Source: Anaerolineae bacterium
GTDB lineage: Bacteria; Chloroflexota; Anaerolineae; Anaerolineales; UBA11657
DNA: 53,812 nucleotides
Direction of reading: 5' to 3'
NCBI GenBank assembly: GCA_963578565.1
Contig: CAUZCX010000003.1
Location: 1 to 53,812 of the forward strand
The notes under the pieces were generated by a model. It was not told the origin of the DNA and did not search any database. It worked only from the letters and a program-made list of their open reading frames with translations. The translations under genes were made by a program, and so were the position numbers. Shown in pieces: positions 51,079-53,812 of this stretch; the first letter of the stretch is position 1, and the number at the start of each line of letters is the position of its first letter.

Positions 51079-52220
51079 ACAACACTCCTGAAGTTTCAGT
51101 TGTACTGCCCTGTCTTAATGAAGCAATTGCGGTAGGCCACTGCGTAGAAGAAGCACTGAAAGCGCTTTCGGATAGCGGATTGCGCGCCGAGGTCATCGTC
51201 AGCGACAATGGCTCCAGCGATGGTTCGCCAGAGTTGGCACTGCAAGCCGGTGCGCGCGTGGTACATGAATCTCGGCGTGGTTATGGCAGCGCATATCTAT
51301 GCGGAATCGCTGCTGCGCGCGCACCCACCATCATCATGGCGGATGCCGACAACACCTATGACCTGCGCGAAATCCCGAGGATGTTGGCAAAGCTTCGCGA
51401 GGGATACGACATGGTGCTAGGTTCACGTATGGGCGGCGTCATCCTGCCAGGGTCAATGCCATGGTTACATCGCTACGTGGGCAACCCCATCCTGACCGGG
51501 ATGCTGAACCGGTTTTTTGGGCTCCACCTTCAGGATGCGCACACCGGCATGCGTGCCTTCACCCGCGCCGGTTACGATCGTCTGAAGCTGCGCACCACCG
51601 GAATGGAATTCGCCTCGGAGATGATAATCAGCGCAGGACAGCAACACCTGAAAATCGCCGAAGTGCCGATCACTTATCATCCCCGGGCGGGCGATTCAAA
51701 ACTGAATACATGGCGTGACGGTTGGCGCCACCTGCGCTATCTCATGCTCCGCAGCCCCACGCATCTGTTCCTGATTCCGGGCATTGCTCTGGTACTGCTC
51801 GGTTGGCTGCCCCTCATGACGCTAGCTGCTGGCCCGCTGATAGTCGGGGGGTTATTCTTCGATTTTCACTACATGATTGCGGGTAGCGCAGTAGCGTTAC
51901 TGGGACTGCAATTGCTGACTCTGGGCGTACATGGCAAAACCTACCTAGTTGCCAACAATCTCGAGCACCCGGACCAAATGATGGCATGGATGCAGGAGAA
52001 CTTCACACTGGAACGCGGCCTGCTTTCTGGCATAACTCTACTGCTGATTGGCCTCGGTTTCGGCATGCGCATCTTCATTATCTGGGCACAGCACGGTTTT
52101 GAGAATCTGTTCGAACTCCGCACCGGAATCGTCGCACTCACACTGGCTGTAAGTGGCACACAGATTATCCTCGCCACTCTCTTTCTCAGCCTACTACAAA
52201 TCCAGACCCGAAACGATTGA
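51075..52220 (+). CDS. GT2 polyprenol-phosphate glycosyltransferase (DPM1/GtrB-like) with C-terminal TM helices
   Basis: SVVLPCLNE, DNGSSDGS, GYG, MADADNTYD, GSR, DAHTGMR, MEFASEM, EVPITY. Confidence 0.9.
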   Translation: MNNTPEVSVVLPCLNEAIAVGHCVEEALKALSDSGLRAEVIVSDNGSSDGSPELALQAGARVVHESRRGYGSAYLCGIAAARAPTIIMADADNTYDLREIPRMLAKLREGYDMVLGSRMGGVILPGSMPWLHRYVGNPILTGMLNRFFGLHLQDAHTGMRAFTRAGYDRLKLRTTGMEFASEMIISAGQQHLKIAEVPITYHPRAGDSKLNTWRDGWRHLRYLMLRSPTHLFLIPGIALVLLGWLPLMTLAAGPLIVGGLFFDFHYMIAGSAVALLGLQLLTLGVHGKTYLVANNLEHPDQMMAWMQENFTLERGLLSGITLLLIGLGFGMRIFIIWAQHGFENLFELRTGIVALTLAVSGTQIILATLFLSLLQIQTRND

Positions 52221-53404
52221 TGCGAATCGTTGTCGTACAAGAAACCGACTGGCTGCAACGTGGTCCGCACCAGCAGCATCACATTTTCGAGCGACTTTCG
52301 GCGCGTGGACACGAGGTGATAGTTGTCGATTTCGAGATCCTGTACGAGCCATGGCCAACCGCGCCGCTATTCGCCCATCGCATGGAGTGGAGCAATGTGT
52401 CGCGCGTGATCCGTGATGCTGGCGTGCACGTGGTCCGGCCGGCTACCATACGACTGCCTGGCCTAGCGCGAATAATATCTCTAGCGACCTTCTACAAAGA
52501 ACTAGCGCGGATAGTGCGTGGTTTTCGCCCCGATTTGATAGTGGATTATGCGATTTCCACTGGCGCAAGCGCGCTCGCGATTGCACGCTCGCAGCGTATC
52601 CCCTTCGTAATGCACGTCATCGACGCACTTCACACACTCGCGCCCCACAGATGGACTTGGCCGCTCGCCCGCTCGTTCGAGGCGCTACTGCTGCGCAACG
52701 CCGATGCGACCATCTACATTAATGAAAAACTCAAGGAGTACGGCGTCGCCCTCGGCGCCCGCCCGGAAACAGCCTCAACGGTACGCACCGGAGTGGACCT
52801 GGACCGGTTCCACCCAGACCGAGATGTAAGCGAGCTGCGCCGCAAATGGGGCATAGAGCCTGACGAGGTACTGCTAGTATTCGTGGGATGGTTATACCAG
52901 TTCTCAGGTGTGGACACAGTCATGCGCTTGATGCCAGAAATGCCACACAGGCTAAAAATGCTGGTTGTCGGCAGCGGAGAGGCCGAAGACCGATTGCAGG
53001 CGCTGCGCGAGTCGCTGGGATTGCATGACCGCGTTATCTTCACTGGACGGCAAGATTACGAAAGCATACCCGATCTCATTGCAGCCGCTGACGTATGCCT
53101 GATGTGCTCAGACCTAAATCCGATTACGCGCAACATTGTACCCATCAAAACTTACGAATATCTTTCATGTGGATGCCCTGTATTGGCAAGCGAGCTTCCT
53201 GGAGTGATGAGCGAAGTGCCGCCCGGTAACGGCATCATTTACGCGCCGAAAGATGAATTGCTGCCCGCCCTGCAGCGACTCCTCGATCCGACAACCCGGG
53301 AACGGGAGGGCCGTAAAGCGCGCACATTCACGCAAGAGAATTGCGATTGGTCGAAGTTGGCCTACAGGTTTGAGCAAATCCTAAGCAGCATCATCGCACC
53401 GTAA
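52220..53404 (+). CDS. Glycosyltransferase family 4
   Basis: TGVDLDRF, FVGWL, AADVC, PIKTYEYLSCGCPV. Confidence 0.88.
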   Translation: MRIVVVQETDWLQRGPHQQHHIFERLSARGHEVIVVDFEILYEPWPTAPLFAHRMEWSNVSRVIRDAGVHVVRPATIRLPGLARIISLATFYKELARIVRGFRPDLIVDYAISTGASALAIARSQRIPFVMHVIDALHTLAPHRWTWPLARSFEALLLRNADATIYINEKLKEYGVALGARPETASTVRTGVDLDRFHPDRDVSELRRKWGIEPDEVLLVFVGWLYQFSGVDTVMRLMPEMPHRLKMLVVGSGEAEDRLQALRESLGLHDRVIFTGRQDYESIPDLIAAADVCLMCSDLNPITRNIVPIKTYEYLSCGCPVLASELPGVMSEVPPGNGIIYAPKDELLPALQRLLDPTTREREGRKARTFTQENCDWSKLAYRFEQILSSIIAP

Positions 53405-53426
53405 CAATAGGCTGACCATCTGCTAC

Positions 53427-53455
53427 TTGACATCTTTACGCCCGACATATACAAT
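53427..53455 (+). promoter_or_regulatory. Sigma70 promoter for the glycine riboswitch/gcv transcript
   Basis: TTGACA-N17-TACAAT. Confidence 0.8.
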
Positions 53456-53471
53456 GCCATTTACAATTCAC

Positions 53472-53654
53472 CGATCGCGGGGGAGAGACTGCTGAGGCAT
53501 TGGGCGCAGTGGCACCGAAGGGGCAAATCCACACGCGTGGATGAAACTCTCAGGTAAAAGAACCGCGGGATCGCTACATCCTCTGGAAAGTCTTTTGACA
53601 CCGACGGGGCAAACTCGGCATGGCCGGGTGAATCTCTCAGGTCTATGACAGAGG
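53472..53654 (+). ncRNA. Tandem glycine riboswitch (two aptamers, about 53472-53573 and 53580-53654)
   Basis: GGAGAGAC..CACCGAAGGGGCAA..AAACTCTCAGGT and CTCTGGAAAG..CACCGACGGGGCAA..AATCTCTCAGGT..GACAGAGG; upstream of gcvH. Confidence 0.95.
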
Positions 53655-53688
53655 GGGCGCTCGCAATAGTCGATGCGTCCCCTTTTTT
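53653..53688 (+). terminator. Riboswitch expression-platform terminator
   Basis: GGGGGCGC..GCGTCCCC followed by TTTTTT; overlaps the 3' strand of aptamer-2 P1. Confidence 0.75.
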
Positions 53689-53732
53689 GTCGCCGGCCTC
53701 AGGTTGGCAATAAAACCATCAGGAGAAAAGGT

Positions 53733-53812
53733 ATGACTTGGAACACACCTGACGACCGAAGATACACTGAAACAGATGAGTGGGTTATGCTCGCGGATGA
53801 CAACGCCACGGT
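53733..53812 (+). CDS. gcvH: Glycine cleavage system H protein (5' partial)
   Basis: AGGAG RBS; MTWNTPDDRRYTETDEWVMLADDNATV matches the GcvH N-terminus P.D.RY...EWV...ATVG; follows a glycine riboswitch. Confidence 0.85.
   Translation, partial: MTWNTPDDRRYTETDEWVMLADDNAT

Noticed and set aside
1-53812. CRISPR array, IS element or prophage
   Set aside because: No regularly spaced direct repeats, transposase, integrase or phage structural genes were recognised

Overview
Bacterial chromosomal window, roughly 55-60% GC by eye. Gene content suggests Chloroflexota, probably Anaerolineae-like (inference). In order: a partial APC permease fused to USP domains; two tandem membrane-anchored multi-helix-hairpin-helix (ComEA-like repeat) genes with apparently inverted topology; a frameshifted cysteine-desulfurase-like pseudogene; tRNA-Arg(CCT); icd plus a mycobacterial Sdh1-like (type F) succinate dehydrogenase operon; a DsbA-family gene split in the ORF track by an in-frame TGA at the first Cys of CxxC (predicted selenoprotein, UxxC); a large minus-strand glycan cluster; tsaE-tsaB-rfbE-udg; a metallophosphoesterase; moaC and a moaD-moaE fusion; recA-recX-rny; citrate synthase; a second glycan cluster; and a tandem glycine riboswitch ahead of a partial gcvH. 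The two glycan clusters hold six GT-C-fold membrane glycosyltransferases. No integrase, transposase or CRISPR array was seen. The best candidates for new biology are the multi-HhH membrane pair, the Sec-DsbA and the GT-C-rich glycosylation system.
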